Positions 36,968 to 46,734 of a stretch of DNA of 64,000 nt are shown piece after piece. Source of the DNA: an uncultured Algibacter sp. (GTDB lineage Bacteria > Bacteroidota > Bacteroidia > Flavobacteriales > Flavobacteriaceae). The DNA lies in contig NZ_CANKXK010000011.1 in NCBI RefSeq assembly GCF_947487605.1, forward strand, positions 47,759 to 111,758. The letters run 5' to 3'. Below the pieces are notes generated by a model that was given only the letters and a program-made list of their open reading frames with translations, had not been told where the DNA came from and made no database searches. Both the position numbers and the translations under genes were made by a program. Each line of letters starts with the position of its first letter. Within the stretch, counting starts at the first letter, position 1.

Positions 36968-39523
36968 TTATCCACACTTAGAAGACCCGCAATCTTTACA
37001 AGTTAAACAACCTTCTTGATAAATTAAATTTTCTGATTTACAATTGCTACACGTCTGTCCTTTAGCTTTAGTACCATCGGCAACATAACGTTTTAAAGCT
37101 CTTACCACACCATTCTTCCAAGTATTGATTGAAGCACTATCTAGTTGCAGACTATTAATTAAATCTACTATTTTATCTATTGGCATACCATGCCTTAAAG
37201 TACCAGATATTAGTTTGGCATAATTCCAAAATTCAGGATTAAATTTATGAGATAATCCTTCGATAGTTGTTTTATAACCTCTGGTATTTTTATATTGAAA
37301 ATCATACCGAGAACCTCCTTCTTCATTTCTATTTTTAATAATCAAACCATCATTAACCCAACGTGGTATTAAAATACCATCTTCATCATCAGCAAGTCCT
37401 GTAAATATTTCATAAGGCTTATCATCGACTAGCCCTACAAATGCAATCCATTTTTCTTTACTGTTTTGAAAACGCACAACATCGGCTTCTAAAACTTGAG
37501 GCCTTTTTTTAGGAAACACGGTTAAGATACGGTTAGAGTTATCCTTTTTTTCATCATCATTAGAAATTAAAACCCCAGAGCGCGAACCATCTCTATAAAC
37601 GGTAACACCTTTACATCCTACTTCCCAAGCTTTTAAATATAATTCACCTACTAAATCTTCGCTGGCATCATTAGGTAAATTAATAGTAACACTTATAGAA
37701 TGATCGACCCACTTTTGAATAGCTCCTTGCATACTTACCTTACTCATCCAATCAACATCATTTGATGTAGATCCGTAATAAGGTGATTTTTTTATAAGTA
37801 CATCTAACTCTTCCTGTGTGAAGTTTTTAGAGGCGTCTATACCATTCACTTCCATCCATTGTTTAAACCTATGGTGGAATACCACATATTCTTCCCAAGA
37901 ATCTCCAACGTCATCAACAAAATCAATACGTACATCTTTATCTCCTGGGTTTACCTTTCTTCTTCGCTTATAAACTGGCAAGAATACAGGTTCTATTCCC
38001 GACGTGGTTTGCGTCATTAAGCTAGTAGTTCCTGTTGGAGCAATGGTTAAAAGCGCAATATTACGTCTGCCATATTCTAACATTTCATAATACAACTTAC
38101 TATCAGCTTCTTTTAATCTATTTATAAACGGATTTTCTTTCTCTCTATCCGCATCAAAGATGTTAAACGCTCCGCGTTCTTTTGCTAATTGTACAGACGC
38201 TCTATATGCTTCAATTGCAATGGTTTTATGAACTTCTAAGGAAAAAGCATTACCTGCTTCACTTCCATACTGAATTCCTAAAGCAGCTAACATATCGCCT
38301 TCTGCAGTAATTCCTATACCAGTTCTTCTGCCTTGTTCTGCCTTTCTTTTAATGTTAATCCACAAATTACGTTCAATCGCTTTTACTTCATCTAACTCAG
38401 GATCGGAATCTATTTTTTCAAGAATCACATCTATCTTCTCTAATTCTAAATCAATAATATCATCCATTATTCTTTGCGCGTAAGACACATGCTTTTTGAA
38501 TAATTCAAAATTGAAAGATGCGTTATCTGCAAACGGGTTTTCTACATAAGAAAACAGATTAATGGCTAGCAAACGACATGAATCATAAGGACATAATGGA
38601 ATCTCTCCACAAGGGTTTGTAGATACTGTTTTATAACCTAAATCTGCATAACAATCTGGCACAGATTCATTAATAATAGTATCCCAAAACAGAATTCCAG
38701 GTTCGGCAGATTTCCAAGCATTATGCACTATTTTTTTCCAAAGTGCATTCGCATCGATAGGTTTTGAAACTTTAGGGTTAGCACTATATATGGGGTATTT
38801 TTGAATGTAACTGTTTTCGTTTTTAACAGCTTTCATAAAATCATCATCTATTCTAACCGACACATTAGCTCCAGTAACTTTTCCTTGCTCAAGTTTTGCA
38901 TTTATAAAGTCTTCAGAATCTGGATGATTAATTGAAACCGAAAGCATCAATGCTCCTCTACGTCCATCTTGTGCTACTTCTCGGGTAGAATTGGAATAGC
39001 GCTCCATAAACGGTACAATTCCAGTTGATGTTAGTGCAGAATTTTTAACCGCAGACCCTTTTGGACGTATATGTGACAAATCATGCCCTACACCTCCACG
39101 ACGCTTCATGAGTTGTACTTGCTCTTGATCGATTTTCATAATTCCTCCGTAAGAATCAGAGTTTTCAGAATTACCAATTACAAAACAATTAGAGAGTGAT
39201 GCAATTTGGAATGGATTGCCAATACCAGCCATAGGACTACCTTGCGGAACAATATACTTGAACTCTTTAATTAAATTGTATACCTCTTCCTCGGTTAGTT
39301 TATTAGCATATTTAGTTTCAACTCTCGCTATTTCTTTTGAAATTCGGCGGTGCATATCGTCTGGAGTAAGTTCGTAAAGATTACCGTCAGAATCTTTTAA
39401 AGTATATTTATTGAGCCAGACCCGAGCAGCTAAATCGTCGTTTTTGAAGTATTTTAATGAAGCTTCAAATGCTTCTTCATGAGTGAAAGTTTTGGTGAAT
39501 GATTGGGCAAGTTCGAGATTCAT
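36968..39523 (-). CDS. nrdJ: adenosylcobalamin-dependent (class II) ribonucleoside-diphosphate reductase
   Basis: 851 aa. Active-site block VSTNPCGEIPL, APTGTTSL, and a C-terminal Cys-rich tail CSNCKSENLIYQEGCLTCKDCGSSKC typical of monomeric-type NrdJ. Confidence 0.9.
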   Translation of the reverse strand: MNLELAQSFTKTFTHEEAFEASLKYFKNDDLAARVWLNKYTLKDSDGNLYELTPDDMHRRISKEIARVETKYANKLTEEEVYNLIKEFKYIVPQGSPMAGIGNPFQIASLSNCFVIGNSENSDSYGGIMKIDQEQVQLMKRRGGVGHDLSHIRPKGSAVKNSALTSTGIVPFMERYSNSTREVAQDGRRGALMLSVSINHPDSEDFINAKLEQGKVTGANVSVRIDDDFMKAVKNENSYIQKYPIYSANPKVSKPIDANALWKKIVHNAWKSAEPGILFWDTIINESVPDCYADLGYKTVSTNPCGEIPLCPYDSCRLLAINLFSYVENPFADNASFNFELFKKHVSYAQRIMDDIIDLELEKIDVILEKIDSDPELDEVKAIERNLWINIKRKAEQGRRTGIGITAEGDMLAALGIQYGSEAGNAFSLEVHKTIAIEAYRASVQLAKERGAFNIFDADREKENPFINRLKEADSKLYYEMLEYGRRNIALLTIAPTGTTSLMTQTTSGIEPVFLPVYKRRRKVNPGDKDVRIDFVDDVGDSWEEYVVFHHRFKQWMEVNGIDASKNFTQEELDVLIKKSPYYGSTSNDVDWMSKVSMQGAIQKWVDHSISVTINLPNDASEDLVGELYLKAWEVGCKGVTVYRDGSRSGVLISNDDEKKDNSNRILTVFPKKRPQVLEADVVRFQNSKEKWIAFVGLVDDKPYEIFTGLADDEDGILIPRWVNDGLIIKNRNEEGGSRYDFQYKNTRGYKTTIEGLSHKFNPEFWNYAKLISGTLRHGMPIDKIVDLINSLQLDSASINTWKNGVVRALKRYVADGTKAKGQTCSNCKSENLIYQEGCLTCKDCGSSKCG

Positions 39524-39601
39524 TATTATCTAATAGTTTTAAGTTAGTGATAGTTTAAATTTTGAAAAACATAAAGAAACTAAAACACAACAACTTAAAA
39601 C

Positions 39602-39615
39602 ATGACAAAAATCAT
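39602..39615. promoter_or_regulatory. CRP-like palindrome ATGACAAAAATCAT (core TGACAAAAATCA), site 1, upstream of nrdJ
   Basis: Identical 14-mer to 51907-51920 and 12-nt core identical to 57108-57119. Centre is about 85 nt upstream of the nrdJ start codon. Confidence 0.5.
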
Positions 39616-39735
39616 AAACCCCTCCAGCAAAACCAATTAAACTATTGATTATAAGTATTTTATATTTTTATCAACAATAAAAAGTTAACAAATTTCAGAA
39701 AGAAAAATTACGGCACATTATTCAAGATAAAGAAT

Positions 39736-40695
39736 TTAAAAATCCATTGCAACCCCAACACCCAGAAACTGCTTCCACTGCACTTTGGCTCCAGCTTCAT
39801 CAAACTCGCCTTCAATTTCTGTTGGAACTTGGATTTTTACATCATCATCATAACGCAGATGGGAACCTAAAGTAGCTCTTACAAAGCTATTGACTTTAAA
39901 ATCGAAATCGATGCGCCAATCCAGATCAATATTGCCAAAATTATTTATATAATCGGAATACAAACTCACTTGATGCTTTAAACCAATATTTTCAACAATT
40001 TCCATTTCGTAGCTGTTTGTCATCAAAATACCAACTTCACGACGAACGCGTTCACCTTTTTTAATGATATTTCCAAGAGCATCAAAAGTAGCTGGTGTAA
40101 CACCAAATGCTCCAGCATTAGCAAGGTCTTCGTCTAGAACAAACGTTGCCTTTAATGTTAAAGGTGAAAAATAAAAAGACAATTCATCTATTTGTTTTCC
40201 GTACTCCATTCCTCCTCCAAAAAAAACGTACCCAGGAGCCAATAATCTAGAAATAGGATTCTCTTTATTTGGATAATTATATCCATTTGTTAGCTGGGTT
40301 CTAAAGTTTAACCTTGCAGAATAAAACCAATTAGATAAACTATCTGGTTTGTAGCCCATATTAGAATTTATCTCGATTAAATCATCTGTTTTTCTGAGTT
40401 CTCTGGCTTCTTGCTTGTTTACGCCATAGCGAACCTCTACATTATTCTTCCAATTAAAATACTTGTCTTTATAATTGAGGTTAGATTTTATTCCTAATAA
40501 TCCAGAAATTGAATTTGTACCACCAGAATTCCAGTTTACAAAAGCTACCTCACTCAAATCTAAAGAAGCTCTGTTTTGTTGCGTCCATTGAGGGCCTGTG
40601 TATTTTTGTGTTTTCTCTTGTATGAAGAGTGAATCTGGTTGTCCAAAACCTAAATTAAAGAATAAACAAATAAGGATTACTTGAATATGTTTCAT
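39736..40695 (-). CDS. DUF3078 domain-containing outer-membrane beta-barrel protein
   Basis: 319 aa. Signal peptide. LDLSEVAFVNWNSGGTNSISGL block and terminal aromatic residue (MDF). Confidence 0.7.
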   Translation of the reverse strand: MKHIQVILICLFFNLGFGQPDSLFIQEKTQKYTGPQWTQQNRASLDLSEVAFVNWNSGGTNSISGLLGIKSNLNYKDKYFNWKNNVEVRYGVNKQEARELRKTDDLIEINSNMGYKPDSLSNWFYSARLNFRTQLTNGYNYPNKENPISRLLAPGYVFFGGGMEYGKQIDELSFYFSPLTLKATFVLDEDLANAGAFGVTPATFDALGNIIKKGERVRREVGILMTNSYEMEIVENIGLKHQVSLYSDYINNFGNIDLDWRIDFDFKVNSFVRATLGSHLRYDDDVKIQVPTEIEGEFDEAGAKVQWKQFLGVGVAMDF

Positions 40696-40832
40696 GGTTG
40701 TGTTAGGTTATTTTTAATTTTACTTATCAAAAACTGTTCCATTTAAGACATTTGCTTTTATATTCTCTCCATCAAAAAGAATATCAATTTTAAACTATAC
40801 CTCAAGACTGAACTTTGATAATTTTTTTTAAA

Positions 40833-42011
40833 TTAATAACTAAACTCTCCGTACTCCGATTTTATTGTTAGCTTTTTAGTTTCTGAAGCTTCCACCCTAC
40901 CAATAATTTTAGCATCCACATTGAAAGATTTGGAAATTGATATTATGTCGGCTGCTACTTCTTTAGAAACATAAAGTTCCATTCTATGACCACAATTAAA
41001 AACTTGATACATTTCTTTCCAGTCCGTTTTTGATTGCTCCTGAATTAGTTTGAACAACGGAGGTATAGGAAACATATTATCTTTTATAATATGAAATTTA
41101 TCTACAAAATGAAGAATTTTAGTTTGAGCTCCACCTGAACAATGTACCATACCATGGATACTATCGCTGTTGTATTGAGATAAAATTGCTTTTATAATTG
41201 GTGCATAGGTTCGTGTTGGCGACAAAACCAATTTACCAGCGTCGATAGGTGCATTTTTAACAGCATCAGTTAATTTAACGCCTCCTGAATACACCAATTC
41301 TTCAGGAACCGAAGGATCGAAACTTTCTGGGTAATTTTCGGCAAGATATTTACTAAACACATCATGTCGTGCAGAGGTTAATCCGTTACTGCCCATACCG
41401 CCGTTATATTCCTTCTCATAAGTTGCTTGACCAAAACTCTCTAGCCCAACTATAACATCTCCTGCTTTTATATTTGCATTGTCTATTACATCACTACGCT
41501 TCAGCCTTGCTGTTACAGTAGAATCTACAATAATAGTTCGCACTAAATCACCAACATCGGCAGTTTCGCCTCCTGTAGAATGAATTGTTACACCAAAGGA
41601 TTTTAAATCTTCTAGTAACTCTTCTGTTCCGTTAATGATTGCTGAAAGTACTTCGCCTGGAATTAGGTTTTTATTCCTACCTATTGTAGAAGACAACATA
41701 ATATTATCTGTAGCGCCAACACATAATAAATCGTCTATATTCATTATTAAGGCATCTTGTGCAATTCCTTTCCAAACAGAAATATCTCCCGTTTCTTTCC
41801 AGTACATATATGCCAAAGATGATTTTGTTCCAGCACCATCTGCATGCATGATTAAACAATAATTGTCATCATTTGTTAAATAATCAGGAACAATTTTGCA
41901 AAATGCTTTTGGGAATAATCCTTTATCAATATTTTTTATTGCGTTGTGGACATCTTCTTTCGAGGCCGAAACACCACGTTGCGCATAACGTTTAGAAACT
42001 TCTTGACTCAT
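40833..42011 (-). CDS. purM: AIR synthase-related protein (Bacteroidota-type phosphoribosylformylglycinamidine cyclo-ligase)
   Basis: ORF track 40833..42050. I prefer M14 (MSQEVSKRYAQRGVSASKEDVH...). PurM-like N- and C-domains (HADGAGTK, DDLLCVGA). Confidence 0.75.
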   Translation of the reverse strand: MSQEVSKRYAQRGVSASKEDVHNAIKNIDKGLFPKAFCKIVPDYLTNDDNYCLIMHADGAGTKSSLAYMYWKETGDISVWKGIAQDALIMNIDDLLCVGATDNIMLSSTIGRNKNLIPGEVLSAIINGTEELLEDLKSFGVTIHSTGGETADVGDLVRTIIVDSTVTARLKRSDVIDNANIKAGDVIVGLESFGQATYEKEYNGGMGSNGLTSARHDVFSKYLAENYPESFDPSVPEELVYSGGVKLTDAVKNAPIDAGKLVLSPTRTYAPIIKAILSQYNSDSIHGMVHCSGGAQTKILHFVDKFHIIKDNMFPIPPLFKLIQEQSKTDWKEMYQVFNCGHRMELYVSKEVAADIISISKSFNVDAKIIGRVEASETKKLTIKSEYGEFSY

Positions 42012-42091
42012 ATGGTTGTATTGAGCTGCAAATTTACTTTTTTGAATCAAAAAACCCTTATTTTAATGCAGGAATTAAGAAACTTTAAACA

Positions 42092-44278
42092 CTATCGTGT
42101 AAAAAGCATCTCTCTATACTTCGTTAATGGCCAAATTTCGTCATCAACTAAAAGTTCTAGCTTGTCGCAATGATAGCGAATTTCATCAAACATAGGCTTT
42201 ACTTTAAAAGAATAATTAAGGGCTTTCTTTTCTAAATCACTCATAGAATTAGATTTTTTACGCTCGTCAATCATCTTTGTTACTTTCGCATTAATAGCTT
42301 CAATGTGATTTGAAATTTCTTCTATTAAATTAATTTGTTCTTTAGATACGGCATTATATTTTTCTTCGAAAATCTCTTTTAGTCCTCTTACATTTTCAAT
42401 TAAAATGTTCTGATACCTTACTGCAGTTGGCACAATATGATTGCGTGCAATATCACCCAATACGCGGCTTTCAATTTGAATATGCTTAATATAGGATTCC
42501 ATTTCAATTTCATAACGTGCTTCAGTTTCTACTTTACTCATAACTCCCATTTCTTGAAAGAGCGATATTGACTGTTTAGAGACTCTAGCTTTTAAAGCTT
42601 CTGGAGTCGTTTTGTTATTACTTAATCCTCTTTTCTTAGCCTCTTTTTCCCAATCTTCACCATAACCATTACCCTCAAACAAAATATCTTTACAAGACTT
42701 TATGTATTCTCGAAGTACATTAAAAATAGCCTCATCCTTTTTAAGACCTTTTTCATCGATTAATGTGTCAACTTCAACTTTAAAATCTTTCAATTGTTTT
42801 GCTACAATAGTATTTAAAACAGTCATTGGGCTGCCGCAATTAGCTGTTGAACCAACAGCTCTAAATTCAAATTTATTTCCTGTAAATGCAAAGGGAGATG
42901 TTCTGTTTCTATCTGTATTATCTAATAAAACATCTGGAATTTTACCTACTACATTAAGTTTTAATTCTGTTTTTTCTTCGGGTGATAATTTACCTTTTGT
43001 TACACCCTCTAATTCTTCTAAAACTTTGGTTAATTGGTTACCAATAAAAATAGACATTATTGCTGGTGGGGCTTCATTAGCTCCTAATCGATGATCATTA
43101 CTTGCCGAAGCTATAGTTGCTCGTAATAATGCTTCATACTCACGAACTCCCTTAATTGTATTTATAAAAAAAGTGAGGAATTGCAAATTACTCATTGGGG
43201 TTTTTCCTGGACCTAATAAATTCACTCCAGTATCTGTTGTAAGCGACCAATTATTATGTTTCCCAGAACCATTAACTCCTGCAAATGGCTTTTCGTGTAA
43301 GAGCACTTTAAAATTATGACGTGATGCTACACGTCCCATAACATCCATTAATAAGGAATTATGATCTACGGCTAAATTTGCTTCTTCATATATTGGTGCC
43401 AATTCAAATTGATTTGGAGCCACCTCATTATGCCTTGTCTTAACTGGAATACCTAAAACAATACATTCGTTTTCTAATTCGCGCATAAAATTTAAAGCTC
43501 TACTAGGGATAGAACCAAAATAATGATCGTCTAATTGCTGACCCTTAGCAGATGAATGCCCTAATAGAGTTCTACCTGTTAAGGTGATATCTGGACGGCT
43601 TGCAGCCATCATTTTATCAATTAAAAAATATTCCTGTTCCCACCCTAATGATGATGTTACCTTCTTTACATTTTTATCAAAATATTTACAAATAGCTGTG
43701 GCTGTATTATCTACCGCATGTAAAGCTCTTAACAGCGGTGTTTTATAATCTAATGCCTCTCCCGTATATGCAACAAATATGGTAGGAATACATAAGGTAG
43801 TTTCGTAGATAAAAGCTGGCGATGAAGGATCCCACGCAGTATACCCTCTAGCTTCGAAGGTGTTTCGAATTCCGCCACTAGGAAAACTTGAGGCATCTGG
43901 TTCTTGTTGTACTAGTTGTCCGCCATCAAATTTTTCAATAGCCAAACCATCTCCAATTGTTTCAAAGAAGGCATCATGCTTTTCTGCAGTTGAACCAGTT
44001 AAAGGTTGAAACCAATGCGTGTAATGTGTTACACCTTTCGATAGTGCCCAATCTCGCATTGATGAAGCTACTTGATCTGCTATTTTTCTATCTATTTTTT
44101 TCCCGTGTTGAATCGCATTTATAACCCCATCAAAAGCATCCTTTGTTAAATATTGACGCATTTTCTGTTCGTTAAAGACATTTTTACCGAATAAATCGGA
44201 ACGTCTTTCCTTTTCTTCAAAAAAAATTGGCTTAGATGCTAAAGATTCTTTTATCGCATGAAATCTTAATGTAGGCAT
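42092..44278 (-). CDS. glutamine synthetase type III
   Basis: 728 aa, the typical GSIII length. Blocks HYTHWFQPLTG, EQEYFLID, NEVAPNQFE and NGSGKHNNWS. Confidence 0.92.
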   Translation of the reverse strand: MPTLRFHAIKESLASKPIFFEEKERRSDLFGKNVFNEQKMRQYLTKDAFDGVINAIQHGKKIDRKIADQVASSMRDWALSKGVTHYTHWFQPLTGSTAEKHDAFFETIGDGLAIEKFDGGQLVQQEPDASSFPSGGIRNTFEARGYTAWDPSSPAFIYETTLCIPTIFVAYTGEALDYKTPLLRALHAVDNTATAICKYFDKNVKKVTSSLGWEQEYFLIDKMMAASRPDITLTGRTLLGHSSAKGQQLDDHYFGSIPSRALNFMRELENECIVLGIPVKTRHNEVAPNQFELAPIYEEANLAVDHNSLLMDVMGRVASRHNFKVLLHEKPFAGVNGSGKHNNWSLTTDTGVNLLGPGKTPMSNLQFLTFFINTIKGVREYEALLRATIASASNDHRLGANEAPPAIMSIFIGNQLTKVLEELEGVTKGKLSPEEKTELKLNVVGKIPDVLLDNTDRNRTSPFAFTGNKFEFRAVGSTANCGSPMTVLNTIVAKQLKDFKVEVDTLIDEKGLKKDEAIFNVLREYIKSCKDILFEGNGYGEDWEKEAKKRGLSNNKTTPEALKARVSKQSISLFQEMGVMSKVETEARYEIEMESYIKHIQIESRVLGDIARNHIVPTAVRYQNILIENVRGLKEIFEEKYNAVSKEQINLIEEISNHIEAINAKVTKMIDERKKSNSMSDLEKKALNYSFKVKPMFDEIRYHCDKLELLVDDEIWPLTKYREMLFTR

Positions 44279-44538
44279 TGTCTTAATAAATTGATTTAAT
44301 TTAGTTTACAAAAATAACTATCTACTATAAATATAAAGTAAAACAGAAATATCTTGTTAACAATTTTTCAGTAATTATATAAAATAATATACTTTTTCTA
44401 AAATATACCTTAAAAAAATGGGGTTTAAATAAAAATAAGTTAGGTTTTTATTAAAACACCCCCTAAAATTTATAGTATCTTTTTAATGGTATATATTTGT
44501 GTGATTACTTTTAATATTTCAATTATAATATATTCATT

Positions 44539-45561
44539 ATGGCAAAAATTAAATTAGAATACCTTTGGTTAGATGGGTATTATCCAACTCAAAACTTAAG
44601 AAGCAAAACTAAGGTAGAAGAGCATGAAAACTTTCAAGGTACTTTAGAAGAATTAGGAATGTGGTCTTTTGATGGATCTTCAACAAGACAAGCTGAAGGT
44701 GGGTCTTCTGACTGTTTATTAAAACCTGTAGCTATTTATCCAGATCCAGACAGAATCAACGGATATTTAGTTATGACTGAAGTTTTAAATGCAGATGGAA
44801 CACCGCATACATCTAACGGTAGAGCTACTATTGATGATGATGATAATGATTTCTGGTTTGGTTTCGAGCAAGAGTATTTTATAATGGATACAAAAACAGG
44901 ATTACCTTTAGGTTTCCCTGTTGGAGGTTATCCTGCACCACAAGGTATGTACTACTGTTCTGTAGGTGGTAAAAACACACACGGTAGAGATTTAGTTGAA
45001 GAGCATGCAGATTTATGTATTGATGCAGGTTTAAACTTTGAAGGAATTAACCAAGAGGTTGCTTCTGGACAATGGGAATTCCAATTATTCGCAAAAGGCG
45101 CTAAAAAAGCTGGAGACGAAATATGGATTGCTAGATATTTACTAGATCGTTTAACAGAAAAGTATGGTTACTACATTGAGTACCATCCAAAACCTCTTGG
45201 AAAAGACATGGATTGGAATGGTTCTGGTATGCACGCCAATTTCTCTAACACAACACTAAGAACTTGTGGTTCTGAAGAAATTTACGGAAAAATCTGTGAA
45301 GCTTTTCGCGATGTTGTAGATGAGCATATTGCTGTTTATGGTGAGTTTAACGACCAACGTTTAACTGGATTACACGAAACTGCAGCTATTACAGATTTCT
45401 CTTGGGGAGTTTCAGATAGAGGTGCATCAATCCGTATTCCAATTATTGCTGTAGAGAAAGGATGGAAAGGTTGGTTAGAAGATAGAAGACCAGCTTCTAA
45501 TGGAGATCCATACAAAATTGCAGGAAGAATTATAAAAACGGTTAAATCAGCTAAAATATAA
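44539..45561 (+). CDS. glutamine synthetase type II (eukaryote-like)
   Basis: 340 aa. FDGSSTRQAEGGSSD, FGFEQEYF, NGSGMHANFS and EDRRPASNGDPY blocks. Confidence 0.92.
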   Translation: MAKIKLEYLWLDGYYPTQNLRSKTKVEEHENFQGTLEELGMWSFDGSSTRQAEGGSSDCLLKPVAIYPDPDRINGYLVMTEVLNADGTPHTSNGRATIDDDDNDFWFGFEQEYFIMDTKTGLPLGFPVGGYPAPQGMYYCSVGGKNTHGRDLVEEHADLCIDAGLNFEGINQEVASGQWEFQLFAKGAKKAGDEIWIARYLLDRLTEKYGYYIEYHPKPLGKDMDWNGSGMHANFSNTTLRTCGSEEIYGKICEAFRDVVDEHIAVYGEFNDQRLTGLHETAAITDFSWGVSDRGASIRIPIIAVEKGWKGWLEDRRPASNGDPYKIAGRIIKTVKSAKI

Positions 45562-45586
45562 CTTAGCCTATATAAGTTTTGTTCAT

Positions 45587-45622
45587 AAAAAAGCGCTTAC
45601 ATTTAAAATGTAAGCGCTTTTT
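45587..45622. terminator. bidirectional intrinsic terminator between GSII and the antiporter gene
   Basis: AAGCGCTTACAT (45591-45602) pairs with ATGTAAGCGCTT (45608-45619). A-run before and T-run after. Confidence 0.75.
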
Positions 45623-45641
45623 AGTTTCTAACAGTTTCTAT

Positions 45642-46589
45642 TTACTTACCTGAAGTAAAAACCATAAACATAAATACGCCATATGCAAAAACTAAGAAAA
45701 ACCCTTTTGCTCTACTAATTTGTAATTTTTTGGGAATAAAAATAATTGGTATTAGAATCGCTGCAAATCCAAGCATCCAAAAAATGTCATTAGAAAGTAT
45801 TTGTAATTCTGTAACTGGTATGGGTTTTATTATAGCTGTTAAACCCAAAACAGAACCTATATTAAATATATTAGAACCAATTAAGTTTCCTAATGAAATA
45901 GCTTTTTCTTGTTTTGCTGCAGCAATAACTGAAGCTGCAAGTTCTGGCACACTCGTTCCTACTGCAATTAAAGAAACTCCTATTACAGCTTCGCTAACAC
46001 CTATTGAACGCGCAATTTCTTTAGATCCTGTTACTAACCATTCACTGCCAAAATAAAGTGCTAAAGCACCAATTACTAGCCATAATATTATTTTGAAGTT
46101 TGAAACTACCGATAAAGCTTCATCGACCTCCTCAACAACCATATCTTTTCTTGAGTTTCTTATTAAAAAAATTAAAAAAAGAATGAGTGCTAAAAATAAA
46201 ATACCTCCCTCTATTGCTGTCAATAGGTAGTCATTAATTAAAAAATAATACAGTATTATAGAAAAAATCATCATGACTGGCCAATTCACTTTGTAAAATG
46301 ATTTATCTACAGCAATTACTCCAACCATAGCAGTAATACCAAGTACTAGACCAATATTCGCAATATTAGACCCGATAACATTATTAATGGCAATTGCTGG
46401 AGAACCAGATAATGCTGCTTGTAAACTAACAAGTAATTCTGGTGCAGAGGTTGCAAATGACACAACCGTCATGCCTATAACCATTTTTGAAATATTAAAC
46501 TTAAAAGATAATGCCACCGAAGAGCGCACTAAAAACTCACCTCCTACTACTAACAGTATAAATCCAAGAATTACCAATAGCAAATTCAT
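45642..46589 (-). CDS. CaCA-family calcium/sodium antiporter (YrbG-like)
   Basis: 315 aa. Two alpha-repeats (GMTVVSFATSAPEL ; IAVGTSVPELAASV). Confidence 0.88.
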   Translation of the reverse strand: MNLLLVILGFILLVVGGEFLVRSSVALSFKFNISKMVIGMTVVSFATSAPELLVSLQAALSGSPAIAINNVIGSNIANIGLVLGITAMVGVIAVDKSFYKVNWPVMMIFSIILYYFLINDYLLTAIEGGILFLALILFLIFLIRNSRKDMVVEEVDEALSVVSNFKIILWLVIGALALYFGSEWLVTGSKEIARSIGVSEAVIGVSLIAVGTSVPELAASVIAAAKQEKAISLGNLIGSNIFNIGSVLGLTAIIKPIPVTELQILSNDIFWMLGFAAILIPIIFIPKKLQISRAKGFFLVFAYGVFMFMVFTSGK

Positions 46590-46703
46590 AAAATATTTTT
46601 TTGCGAAGATAAATGAAAGTAAAAAGTCAAATGTGAAAAGTGATTTTTTTTTTTAAAACTTAAAATTTAGTTAAATAACTATCTATTTAGTTGTATAACT
46701 ATA

Positions 46704-46723
46704 AAAATAGTTATAGGTTTGTA
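46704..46723. promoter_or_regulatory. perfect palindrome ATAACTAT-AAAA-ATAGTTAT (a third ATAACTAT copy lies at 46684-46691)
   Basis: Read directly. Lies in the divergent region between the antiporter and blaI-like genes. Confidence 0.35.
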
Positions 46724-46734
46724 ATGCGTTAGGG

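Noticed and set aside
39524-39735. Cobalamin riboswitch upstream of nrdJ (also checked 34456-34518 upstream of the BtuF-like gene)
   Set aside because: There is no B12-box-like GC-rich segment or extended structured region. The only notable element is the ATGACAAAAATCAT palindrome.
42702-43094. 130-aa plus-strand ORF antisense to GSIII (likewise 36094-36366 in prfA, 41635-41862 and 41946-42173 in or next to purM-like, 45730-46056 and 46387-46656 in the antiporter, 57785-58183 in cstB-like, 13955-14158 in icmF)
   Set aside because: All are embedded antisense in strongly supported conserved genes and translate to Ser/Leu/Ile/Pro-rich sequences without motifs. I treat them as shadow ORFs.
44420-44463. 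AT-rich GGGG...CCCC hairpin between the two glutamine synthetase genes as a glutamine (glnA-type) riboswitch
   Set aside because: The sequence lacks the conserved features I remember for the glnA RNA motif, and the stem is imperfect and almost entirely A/T. It is mentioned only within the GS finding.
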